Shown piece by piece: positions 23,701 to 35,674 of a DNA stretch of 64,000 nucleotides. How positions within the stretch are numbered: the first letter of the stretch is position 1; every line of letters starts with the position of its first letter. Source of the DNA: Yuukianura sp. NJ FZ-2021. Its lineage: Eukaryota. The stretch covers positions 1,240,001 to 1,304,000 of the forward strand of contig CM102290.1 of assembly GCA_046563655.1 (NCBI GenBank), read 5' to 3'. The notes under the pieces are model-generated. The model was not told where the DNA came from. It was given only the letters and a program-made list of their open reading frames with translations, and ran no database searches. A program made the translations under genes and the position numbers.

Positions 23701-26097
23701 GTGTTCGTAAAAACACATTTTTCATATGTGTTTACGAGCTCACAGAATTATTTAGTACCGAAGTAGTTCGCTAATTTTTTTCCCGAGTCTGTCTGTCTGT
23801 CCGTCTGCTCTGCACTATAACTCTGGAACCACTGGAGCGATTTTCAATTTGTCTTCGCAGATGAACTACAATTGGTCCAGGGGTAATGAAACGGTTTCCG
23901 GTTTGACCGGAAGTGCTCAACTTCCGAGCTATGAAATTCAATTTTCTTTTGCTACTTATCGCGCTTACAACGCTTTACTAAGCGAAAGTATGAGCTACTT
24001 TATTAGGACAGGGGTTTAGAAGTTTTTCAAACTCTAGTTGTGGGCGGTCAAAATTGTACCCGAAGCTTCTATTTGCGTCGTATTTTTTTGTGGTTTTAAA
24101 ACTTTCTCCGCAATCCATGAAATAGGTTGGAAATTGTGAAAGTCTATTGTTTCCAAACAAATTAATCGTGGGTTGGAGGCGTGGAAGACAAGACTATGAT
24201 TACTGTTGACCGTCCCACAGGTAATTAGCTGTTGTTGATCTCATGTTTCAGGCTTTGATGAGGAAAATACCCACTCAGCAACGTAGGGACCCACGAGCCA
24301 TTAGTCTTGAAGACGGACGAAGAAAGGTTCTGTTTTTTTAATTAAACCACGGCATTGGCTGGACTTCTTAAGAATGGATCCAATGTGAGGGTAAATGACA
24401 ATACGTTTTGTTGTGTTGTCACAGGTTGCCAAGATGGTTCTCGTAGTCGTGTTGGCGTTTGTGGTGTGCTGGAGTCCATACTTCTTGGTGTCAGTTATTA
24501 CGCAGTTTCAGGATAAAAACTTTCTCCATAACGGACAGTTCTTCTTCACTATGCTCGCGATAAACCTATGCTGCTTCACCAATTCATGCATCAATCCCTT
24601 TGTATATGTCTCCATGAGCAAACGATTCAGAACAGTAAGTCACTTTATCAGTGAAAACACCTAATTACAATTAGAATTACCTATTTGGTACAAATCCCAT
24701 TAGCTTTACATGGCCAACTTTGCAGACAAAGAATCAAAAGAAACAATTTTATCAAAACAGGAGTTGTGGCATAAACCTGTTAAGAAAAACCAAAAAAAAT
24801 CGATTTAAACTACCTTGGCCTTGAACAAGGTGGGTCGACTTTGATTTTTCCTTAACAGGTTGGTTAACACCTCGTTTTTTTTTGTTGTTGTTTTTTTTTT
24901 GATTTTTGCAAAAACCAAAAAGGAAAAAAAAAGGTAACATTTCATTTCAGGGCATCGTAGTCATAAAAATACAGCCGAATATTTTAAATGCGCACGAATT
25001 GGTACCATTTTTTGGATTGGTACCTTTCCTTTTTTCGTTTTTTCTTTGTCAACAAGCGAGGTAGAACCCAACCTGTTGAAGAAAATTCGCTTTCCCTCCA
25101 AGTTGTCAAGTACCCTTGGCCTTGAACGTGATTGAAAAATAGTCTTAATGAGTTTTTGTAAAAATTTGTCTCAAATTTTTGGACAGGGATTCTTAGGAAT
25201 TTTCCAGTCACTGAGCTTATGTCCGAATGAAAGCAGTTTGTCGTCGGATATTAATACTCGCACCATGACTTCTCACAGACGAAGTCACCGTGGAGGGAGA
25301 TGCCAGACTCCGCAGGATCATCGCTTTGCCATCACTGCATCTTCATCCCCAAGAACAACATACTGCTCATGTCACAGGTCACAGAGGAGAGCACTCGTCC
25401 AAAGAACCAGCAGCGATTCCATTTCCTTCGGTACACCCAAGTCGTCTGGTAACTCTCAAGTAAAACATAATTTATATTGCTCTTTTTTTTCTTAAAAAGA
25501 ACGGAAATTTCAACAATTTCTAAACCATGGAAAAGGTTCGAAAATATGGATGGTTTAGGAAGTTGTTTAAGGTTCCTTGACAACCGAAGTGTATTTCCTA
25601 CAACAGGTTGTCCAATAACTCCGGGTTTCCAAAAAATTTGCTGGAAATAATTTTTCCCCCAATTCCAATTGCTTACATGAAAAGAATTATGATCGGAAAA
25701 AAAGTTTTTCAAATTTTTTAACAAAATGAAAAACAACAAGTTATTGGACAACCTGGTGTAGAAAAAACATTTTTTTGTTTACGAACCTTGAAGTTGCTGT
25801 TCCAGTGCGACGCTTCTGCGCCTTCTAAAAACTATCGGAATGGAAAAATTCGGATTTGAGTGTAATTTTGTTTTGTTTTTTGAAATTCTGAAGGGTCAGT
25901 CCGTAAAGTATCAACGCCGTGGAGTGCATAGCAGTTCCAGTCACACCATTGTGTTTGAATTTCAACTGGGACAGTTTCCCCGTGCTTCTGACATGGATTC
26001 CAGCCCCCCACTGCTACCCTGCCCCCAGTCAACGAGTCATCACCACTCTTTCACTAATTGGCGGTTCATTGAAAATCCACATTCCACATCCTACTAG
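17724..26097 (+). CDS. Class A (rhodopsin-like) neuropeptide-type GPCR, ~525 aa; exons 17724-17933, 19828-20013, 21661-21788, 21949-22137, 23269-23371, 24252-24326, 24425-24634, 25187-25459, 25894-26097
   Basis: All exon phases match. Motifs: TM1 GN (VIGNILV), TM2 NLAFCD, TM3 C...ERY, TM4 W, ECL2 Cys, TM5 YLLP, TM6 CWSPY, TM7 NSCINPFVY, helix 8 SKRFR. N-terminal N-glycosylation sequons NSS and NGS. Confidence 0.93.
20686..20732. repeat. Perfect 18-bp inverted repeat (hairpin) in GPCR intron 2
   Basis: AACACGACATGGCAACGT, 11-nt loop, ACGTTGCCATGTCGTGTT. An extra CCATGTCGTG copy follows immediately. Confidence 0.9.
23749..24003 (+). mobile_element. DINE-1/HINE-like (Helentron-associated) non-autonomous element
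   Basis: T-rich 5' end with TTAGTA. GTCY microsatellite (GTCTGTCTGTCTGTCCGTCTG, 23787-23807). Complementary TACTAA near the 3' end followed by stem-loop AAAGTA-TGAGC-TACTTT and Ts. No TSD. Confidence 0.55.
24826..25118. mobile_element. CAAGG..CCTTG MITE, abutting the end of a related remnant (24758-24817)
   Basis: TSD GCCTTGAA (24818-24825 and 25119-25126). Ends CAAGG / CCTTG. Inner inverted repeat AACAGGTTGG / CCAACCTGTT. Confidence 0.7.
25568..25790. mobile_element. CAAGG..CCTTG MITE
   Basis: Ends TAAGGTTC / GAACCTTG. Flanks AAGTTGTT / AAGTTGCT. Inner inverted repeat CAGGTTGTCCAATAACT / AGTTATTGGACAACCTG. Confidence 0.75.
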
Positions 26098-29000
26098 CCC
26101 TGCCGCTCTTTGGTGAAAGTTTTTCAAACAAAAACTCACCAAGGTTCACACAGAAACTTTTCCAAGGCTGTTTTTTAAATCTCTTAAAATTTGGAATTGA
26201 TGTTGAACTTATTCCTAGAATTCTACCTCAAAGGACTGGGATACCAGGTAAAACTTATTATAGGCCATAATCCTCTCTAAAATTGGTTTACTTATTCTTG
26301 TACTTATGAAATCAACTTTTAACGATAGAGAAATACCAGGTAACTGCTCGTATTTGGTTACTAATGAAGGGAGTATTTCCTTCAAAGATGAGGTTAATTT
26401 GTAATTGAAATTCATGGTAGGACTTAATAAAATTGGATATTTTGGTCGCATCTTCTAACTTTGTGTGCTGTTGACCTTTCTTTACTTGGAAGTGCGCTTT
26501 TAGAAACTACGTCGAAGATTCAGCGTCTATTTCACATAGGAATTTCGCTTATAATTATTTCATCTGCGTCATATAAATTAAATCCTGCGATGGAGCATCT
26601 TTGAACGCCATTTCCTAGTGCTTGCACGCAAAACCTCGAAAACGAAACTTCAAAACAGTATTTCAAAAACAGTAAAACATCCATGTTGAATCACAATGTT
26701 ACTTTAATGTCGTAACGTAAGTATAACTAGTAATGTCGTTGGTCAAGGTACACTCGAATTTGATCGTTTCTGAAAAATACTTTACGTAATAGTATAATGA
26801 GACTTTTGTAAGGTGGGCCGAAAGAAAAACAGATTTCCAGGAGTTGATTTATAAAATAATAGTACTTGAATAACAATAAATACTTACGGTAGTGTAATAC
26901 AAAATGTTTGAAACCATCGGGTTGAGTCATCTTAAAAACAAAAGGAATTGGTTCTTAAGCAAGAGATCTGTAAATAGCAGTCTTTTCCGTGCACGGGTTA
27001 GGAAACTTTCCACAAAATATTTAGTTTTTATAATTCCGAATGACCAGACAATGGACGAGGAAGTACTTCATACACTTTTATAGCATTAATTTACTTAGGA
27101 AATAACAAATTTGAGGTAAACATATTGGCGAGTTGAAGCGTTTTCTTACATTCTTCACTGGCTTCTTTTTAGTAGGAACGAAGGCTGAAAACCATGATGC
27201 CTCTGAGAAACTGTTTGCTTAATCCGAAACACAAAAACCTGTAGAAGAAAACAAAACAAAAATCAATTGCATTAGAATTGTGGTAAGCTAAAGTGAAAGT
27301 AGCGTAAATTCTAAAGACTGAATGGAGCATACTGAGAAAACAAAGAGGTGTGACACGATGATGTTCTAGATATTAAACTTACACCAACACTCAACAGCCA
27401 AACAACTTGTTTACAAGTGCCTCTTGCAAATAAAATCCCAAAATCATCAACGACATAGGAATTATTAGGTTTTCTGTTTTCACACAATATATTCGTCAAC
27501 AGGAAAATCTAATTTTCTTAATAGAACCGTTTTCCATAGCCAAGCAGTTTCTGTACACTGGATACAAATTGAGGATGGTGAAAGAACTGCTGAGGAAGCT
27601 TACTCTCGGCAGCCACAGTCTTGTTGCTTTCAGCGTGCAAAGATGTGGTAGGTGCCAATTACTTATTATTTACCAAAACGGATATATTGAACGAAAACGG
27701 GTACGTGATGTTGATGTATTATGACACTGTTTTCAAACACTACTGAGTCTGTACTTTTCCAGTAACTCATAGTTTTGAACTCATAGTTTGAACATTGATG
27801 AAGTGTATTGCTGATTTAACGAAAACAACCAAGCAACTTTCTCCAAACAACTTTGTGTACAAGAAACAAGTGTTTGTCACTCGATGAATTAATCATTCTT
27901 ATTATGGAAAAAGACAAAGAAGTCAACAAGGTTCTTACAAATATGTTATGCATGAAAGTTTTCAACAGAGAAAGCAGGGAGAAAAGTTCCAACGCTAAGA
28001 ACTGACAGCCATACTGGTATGACGCATTACACACTTACAATGGATTCAATTTACGTTTCCTATGAGACACATTCTAACTGTAGAGCTGTTTCTATTGTTT
28101 TCTCGCAAAACTTTACATTTTCCATTCACAAATTATTCCATCAACGGAATAGCCCAGAACCATTATTTTCCATTCACTTGCATTTCTTTTGTAAGTTGTT
28201 TTGCAAGTGAAGAGAAAGCTAGTACTTGAGCTTTTTAGAAATTTTTCATGGCCACTGCGCCAAAAGAAAAACACTTCAGTATGTCGCCGTCACAAACGGA
28301 ATCCATGGTTACTCAGAATAGCATCTACAATTCCAATTAAAACTTTACAAACTTTCTTTTCGCCTAGCACCATTGATTTCTGCAGAAACAATTATGTCCG
28401 TAGTTAGTTTCCGACTTATGAATACTGTGACACAGAATTATCTAAAACCTCCACCGACAAGACAACCAACACCGTAACTTTCACCATCACGCGATGGCGA
28501 AACTTATTTAGGTTACATATTGCAAACCAAATAAAACTTCGCAAGCGACACGCGTTTCTCAAAAAAAAAAAAATACACAGAACACAACAGTTCAAAAATA
28601 GGAAATTCCATGCACCTTTAAGCAACTACTAAATTATTTCTGCAAGCGCTGTTGACTACAATACTACAAATTCTGTAGAAGACATCAACACAAATACCTA
28701 ATTGGGAAAATACGGTAGCTCAAAAAATCTTTAATTCCTTTCCAATACCTTTTTTAATGTTTTTGATTCTCTAATCGGATCGAGCGAGCTTTAATCCGCT
28801 TAAACACGGGATACTAGTAGCAACAGAGATGAAGGAAACTTTGATCAAGTAGAAACTTCATCTCAGCTTTTAGTATGTATTTCCTTCCCTCCTACCTAAA
28901 CGTAAATTTTTTACAATATTTTCGTGGAAAAGTCTGTGAGGAGGAAGAGGATATAATTTATAATTTCCAATTTCGCTGGATATTTACAAAGTGATTTCCA

Positions 29001-30100
29001 TCGCAGAATTCCTGCATAAAAACCCAACATCTGGTGAAAGTTTTTGAAAAAGTAAAGATTAGTTTTTTACAAAGAAAAGTTGAGAAAGCAAAGTTCTGTT
29101 TTTAGTATTGGATGAAAATCACTAGAACTGGGTTTCGCATGCTTACGACAGGTACTTCATAAAAATGCACGATCAATTACAGAATCAAAAACATTTGAGG
29201 GCCGTTATAATGACGATAGAAGCAAATAATTGAAGAATGGAGCGGAATTGAAGATCAAGAGAAGATGAAAACAGAGAAAGATCTCCCTTGGGCCGCGTTT
29301 CCATTTCTATATACAAAGAAAAACTTGAAATTCTCTAAAAGTGAAAGTTACGTTGCTAGTATCGATACAACATCAACTGATCGATACAAAAATATTTACC
29401 CTGTTAGCGCTAAACATTGTCATTGCAGAAGTGTAGATCCGTCAGGATTAGTGAACTGGAAAATTGTGTAAGAAAAGTTACATCGCGTTCTGCTTGGATA
29501 GACAAGATTCGTTGTACGTTACTTCCACAAACTATAGGGCATGATAATTGTTATGGAAAAACAAAGTCTAAACCTCGACAATTGGGACATAAGTTGAATG
29601 AAACATAGTCTGCGTACTGCAAAACTAAAAGGTAGTTGATGCAGTAATCCAAATCCAAGTGTAAAATTTCCAATCTGGAAGATGAGTAGCAAAATCATTT
29701 CCCAATTTGTGCAAGTGAAAATTGGCCTTCATGTACTCAACAAATCAACGCCATTTTTATATACCTAGTTACAAAAAGACAATGCTGTTTCCGTAACAAA
29801 ACACTCCGAAATATTGGTGCATTATACTCGATTCGGATTAGAGAACGGCAAGGACCAACCCCTCAAGTTTCTCTCGTTCTCTTGAAATTAAAGAAAATAT
29901 TGACTTTCCCAACTGATTTTTGACATGTTTACCAGTTTACCCTACGCAATACTAATTTATCCCAAATGTAAAATGTATCCAAATGAGAAAAAAATATTAC
30001 CTGCATTTTGTGCGAATATAATATCTATCGATAATGACGAGCCATGCTACTAGGCAACGATATTTCAGCCCCCGCTTTAACCTTGTTAGACGTCTTCGTA

Positions 30101-31492
30101 TCAGTTACGATGTGGATCCTCCACTCTTAGGCCTTCAAAAATTCCAGCCAAATAGCAGGCATCCGGGTCTTCCAGATCAGCATTCTGTAAAATGAGAAGG
30201 AAAAATATAAACACTTCAAGACAAAATAAATCAAATGTTATTTTTCTAAAAAATTCGCTAGTTTTCTCCCTGACTTGGGGAAAATCTGCAGTACCGTTCA
30301 AAAAAAAAACCTTCATAGTAACCGAACTACTGCAGCATATTGGGAATACTGCAACGGTGTAGTCTAGCGATAGCTTCCAAAACAAGAACAACGATTTACT
30401 TCCGAAACAAGAACAACGTCAAAAAAAAATTCGATTACGAAAAACAATGGAGCGGTAGTCTATAAATAACAGTTAGTTCAGTTAAGATTCTGGAAACGAT
30501 TCGATAAGCTTAGACTTAACTGTAGTCTTGCGAGCTAGGGTTAGCTTAGTATTTGAATTAGTGTGGTAACATATAACATACCTCAATTGGTAAGTCGTAT
30601 TGTGCGTAATCCATATTGACTTCCCCGTTTTGGATGTCGCCTTTGTCGATATTAGCTGAATGGCGGAAATTAGTGAAGTCAGGTGCAGCATTTCTTTGTA
30701 AGGGAATAGATGTCTCACCAAGAAGCTGCCGAGATTCAACCAGTAGATCCTCCGATCGACGTAAAAGCTGACCGAGATCCTGTATTTTCAAAATGGGTGG
30801 TTAGTTTAAGAGCCACAGCTTCATTTAATACACTAGTAATTGGAATCCGTCGTTATTACATTATTTGACTTTTGGATGGTTTCTCCTCTGCCCATCATAA
30901 CCGGACTGGCACTTCGTGCCCTTTGCTTTGATGGACCTGTCTGGCCAATATGGTCGTAGAGTTCCACTTGCGCAGCTGCTAAATTCTTAGAAATTCTTTG
31001 TTCCCTTCGGCGAATTAGTTCATCCCGACTTAACCCATACGCATGATTGTTGATGGAGGTCTGTATGAAATAATAAATTATGTATCCCACAATGCAATCA
31101 TGTCTATCGGAGAACAAACAGAATGAGGTCTTACATTCCACTCCGGAAGTTTCAGAGTTTGTAGTCTATTGCCCGAATACCTCGATGAGACTGACTTCTT
31201 TGACTTTCTTTTCTTATTCAGAAACGTCATTCTAGTAGTTTTTAAACCCGCCATACTCGTCAAGTGTGACAGCCTCATCTATAGAAAATAATAACAGAAA
31301 AAAATTGGCACGGTTTTAATTAAGTTTGTCGAGTGTCAGCGTGTTACCTTAGGAGTATTGATAGATCCCGGTCGCTGCGTGCGTCGCGCCTGTAAAAAGC
31401 AACATACGTTTATGAGCGAGGACTGACACAAAATCTGTACCAGCTACATCCAATACTGGACCATGATTGGTTTTAATTCCACTAAGCTTCAT
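30101..31492 (-). CDS. Short SPICE1/CCDC52-like protein; core exons 31278-31135, 31060-30860, 30779-30582, probable 30184-30101; start either ATG 31278 or upstream exons from ATG 31492
   Basis: Phase-0 exons splice to KKRKSKK...LPEWN|TSINNHAYGLSRDELIRRREQRISKNLAAAQVEL...|DLGQLLRRSEDLLVESRQLLG...AAPD. This resembles the SPICE N-terminal motifs as I recall them (basic stretch, EW, LxRRxExxxSKN, EL, APD). Both termini are uncertain. Confidence 0.65.
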
Positions 31493-32822
31493 CTTCTCGC
31501 TGAAGACTGAAGACAGTCAGAGCAATACCTGTAAATCGTATTCGTAAGTTTTTGTATAGTACGGTGTCGCCGTCGTATTGGTTGTTGGATTGCTTCAGCA
31601 GTGAGTAGTGCTCGTGTCGTTTACCACGGACGGGGGTACCGGTACAGTAGTTAGCCTTCAATGTTGGATTAAACAAAATAGAGAATGGATATTAATCTTT
31701 CGTATTAACGATTAATAAGTTACTAGACGGTTATCGCCGTATCCCTACCCTACCTCCTCTACTCGTTTCTGTCCGTGCGCGATGTAGACGGGAAGACGAG
31801 GAGATGATGTTTGTTTACAAATAAAAACTTCAAATGTTGAAGCGAATGATGTGGTGAAGGTGATTCAGATTCAGTGTGTTTCTTACGGTATTTTTTTGTG
31901 CGGAAACTTCAAAATGCGCAAAATTTTTGCAACATCGGGAATCGTAATCGAAGGTTGAATCGTTGAATGAATACTACACACACACAACATTATTATGTCA
32001 AATGTAAACAAGAGAATGCAAAACCTCATTATGAATTCTGAAACTAAAACAAGCGAAAAATAATTAAGTACTAGAAAACTGGAATTTTGTGAGAGAAAAA
32101 GAATGGATAAATGCGATTGTATAAAATTATACATTATTTTCAATTTATTATTCTCAATTAATTACTCATCTTAAACAATAACGTCTTTCTGTGCATTTGT
32201 TATGTTAACCTTCAACTATCCGAAAGGCGCTTTTTGTACTACATTACGTTGATTTTGCAATTCTGCATTTTCATTGTCAGATGGCCCTGTCAAATGTGAG
32301 GAATTTTTATCATGTGTTTTTCCCGCACCTTGAATTTATACTATCAATTTAATTGTTTTATTTAATTTTAATTAGATAGAACTGGGCAATTGATCGGTAA
32401 CTACCGCGTTGGCACGTCAGTTCGTCGTTCTGTTGCTTCATTCAGTCCAGGTACCGAGATCGACAGGAATTGCGAACTTTATTATCGCTGTTAGGGTAAG
32501 TTAAGTTTCGAAACCTCTCACCTTGATCCTACTCCTCTCTACTAAATTAGTTTCACATACTACATAATCTAAATAATTCCTTACGCACTGATCAGTGTAG
32601 TGTCATTTGATGTAAGCGTCTTCGCAATTTATAGGTTTTCCTTGAATTGGTCTTCTCCTTAAAATCGTCGCCGCAGCGTTGGTTGGTGCGGGCTGATTGA
32701 AATTTGATTTGCACAAAAACGGTTAATTTAGTAGGGAAAAGAACTTCTGCAGTTCTGCATCGAGAAACGACGACCAAAACGGCTTCGTTCTGAATTTTAC
32801 TTCAGTCGCAAATCCGATTAAC

Positions 32823-34779
32823 ATGGAAGTAAGGGTTAATTTCAAAAGAAACAAGTTTCACCTTTTTGTAATTCAATTCAGAAACTAATATAGATTTTGA
32901 TTTTCTAATGTTGCATGTGACAGAAGTCAACAAGAAAATTGAGCCGACATCGCTTGACCACAAATCCATCGCATACCAGTAGAAAAAAGCCGAAAATGGA
33001 TGAACTGGAAAGTTGTACGATAAAACCACGGACAAATGAGTGTGCGTCTGAAAACAAGAATCAGGACATTGACAACATCAAGCGCGTCATTTTGGAAATT
33101 TCGAAACTATATACCGCTGTTTGGTCCAACTTGACCAAATTCTCTACCGAAACTGTTCCAGAGGAATTTGACATCAAGGAATTTGCCAACGAGCTTAGTC
33201 AGCTTCGTGAGTATTTCGTTTGCCCTGTATGTCAGAATCTTGTGTCCGAAGAATTCAAAATCACCTCCTCGCCATCTGAGCATTGTTCTTCGTTTCATCT
33301 TGCATGTGATGGTAAGTATTTTGATTCCAAAAAAAAAGTGGATACTTGTTTGCGAATCTGCTGCACTATAAAATAGCAACCATAAAATAATGGTTTTGTA
33401 TCAGTTTACATTTGAATATTGCCTAATTTTACGTTTTTCAAATTACAGTCTGTCGCGATATGGAATGGGCAGTTACATGCGAACGTCATTCATCTCAACA
33501 ACCAGATCTTGATGAGAATGAGACCCAGTACCTGGAGTTAGTTTTAGACTCGTATAAGGAGTTCTGTGCTCTATTTATACAATTTGAAGAATTCCAAGCT
33601 CTTGTAGAAGAAAAATCTAAAACTAACTCAAGTTTTGATGCTTTTCTTCTTATTGAACGTCTAAGCGAAGGTGCCCTTGCAGCAGTCAACACGACTCATC
33701 TTACGGACGACAGTGATGCAGAAATCAGCAATGAAGCCGATCCGGAATCGGACGAAGAAAGTCTTTCTTTGGAGGTAGAAGATATTTCGGTAATTGGTAA
33801 ATAAAGTTCACTCCAAATATTTGTAGTTAGGTTCTTACGGCACTGATTTGACTGTTTGTTGTTAGGTGAAGCCCAAGCGAAGCAGAGTTCAACTCGCTGA
33901 AGATTCGTCCAAACATAATATCGAAATGTTTGAGGTTGGGGACAATGCTCTGACATGTACTAGTTCGCTCCTCACTTCGTCGGTATCATCACCCCCTACA
34001 CCACCTGAATCCGTTGAAGATACTGCGACGTATGTTCGACCACTCTCAAGTTCCCGCAAAGAGAGGGATCAGAAGAAGGTATCTGTAAAGATACGTCGTG
34101 TTTAATGACTTATACTATTTTTCAAATGCTCGTTTGCGAGTTTCGATTCATTGTATTCAAACTTTAAAACGTTTAAATCACATTTCCAGGTTCTCATACC
34201 GAACGGGTCAACTAAACCGGCAAATGAAGTATCCACGAAATCTCATCGTCTTTCAGAGAAGAGCTGCCGTTGTGGAAGCGGAACTATCATACCGGGGAAA
34301 TTGACTTGCTGTGGGCAACGGTGTGCTTGCTATGCTGAGCGCCGTGTTTGCATTGACTGCAAATGTAAAGGCTGCAGAAACCCAAAAGGAAAGAGGTCCT
34401 TATTACAATCACGTTACGTTCAATCAATTGAACCGCAACTTACCACCAAAGAATTAACTGCTGTAGAACCTAAGCCCAGTGGGTCCGCTACAACGAATTT
34501 CAAGGAAAGGTCCAGAATCACCGGTAAAAGTTAGTTACTTGATTGCTTGTCCGGACAATTACATATGGGCATTTGTAGTCATTTCAGTAAAGCTAATACT
34601 AAATACGTAAATTATTTTACTCAGGTTCAACTACAACGTTCAGCCCTGCTGAATCCGAGGATCATATTACGTCGTCGTACACTTCCCCCCCTCGCTTGTC
34701 GCCGATTTCCCCAGTGAAGCAACCTCGCATCAAGAAACCCTCTCCCAGTCCTCCCAATCTGTTTAGCAGCAAATGTTAA
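32823..34779 (+). CDS. MSL2: Male-specific lethal 2 homolog (RING E3 ligase + CXC domain), ~478 aa; exons 32823-32828, 32924-33311, 33449-33789, 33866-34078, 34190-34523, 34625-34779
   Basis: CXC domain CRCGSGTIIPGKLTCCGQRCACYAERRVCIDCKCKGCRNP. N-terminal RING-like LREYFVCPVC...HC...H..C..C...CERH. Acidic linker and Pro/basic tail. Phases match. The start codon (ATGGAA|gtaagg) is less certain than internal ATG 32996. Confidence 0.9.
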
Positions 34780-35674
34780 ATGGCTAATCCAGAACCGCGT
34801 TTACGGATATTTAACACATTTACGCCAAAATATACAGTACCTATATTTTTAATTTGTTTCATATAACTGTTCACAGAACTTCAGCGCATGTTTTACGTTT
34901 TACTTAGGTTTATAATAATTGTTTTATCAAAATGACGGAATAGTAAGGGAGTCACTAGTCACAGTGAATTACAGCCTTGAGCTGTTAGTCACTGGAGAGT
35001 CGCTCCTAATAAAATTCTGTAACGTTCAGAATGAATTTACATATATTTATATTAAGCTTATTTGCGAATTCTTTTTGTTTTTTGCAACTGTCGTGACGTT
35101 TTGCATAAATTCTCCCCCCATATTGAAGTAAATCTGCGTTATGAGACGGCTGGAAAAAGTGGCGGGAATTTTGAATTAAGAAACCCTCAATTTCGGTAGT
35201 GTATGCCTTTTTGGTTGCGCAGCTGCGCGACACTTTTTTTTTTCATTCATTCTCATTGATTTCATAATTTCGGTCACCGAAAATTCTGTATTCTTTAAGA
35301 TTAATCGAGCAAATCCGGTGGCAGTTTAATTACGGTATTTAATAATAATATCCAATATAATATTTGTACTATTATTGTATTGAAGGTAGACTGAACTGAG
35401 GCAAAAAATCGGAAGACAGCTTACTAACTACATACTGCATACTGCTAAAGGAGGAATCATTCTGTTGGATTCGTTCATTTAGGATCATTTTATTTTAATA
35501 CTTGACTGATTGACTCGCCGTCGCTGGGTGGTAATGATTTCCCAGAAAAGTACCATTTTGTAGTGTTATTTAGTCCGATTGCGTCAATTTATTCACTGTC
35601 AATTTTTCATGTTGTTTTCAGATCCCATTCCACCCAGGCAGTTACACGTGAGTGGATTTTACTGATTGAACAAG

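Noticed and set aside
27340..27820. Box C/D snoRNA-like TGATGA and CTGA motifs
   Set aside because: Spacing is wrong (about 10 nt) and there is no terminal stem.
29360..30033. DRE-like TATCGATA motifs (29360, 30026)
   Set aside because: Not near any start site I can support. Short palindromes are expected by chance in AT-rich DNA.
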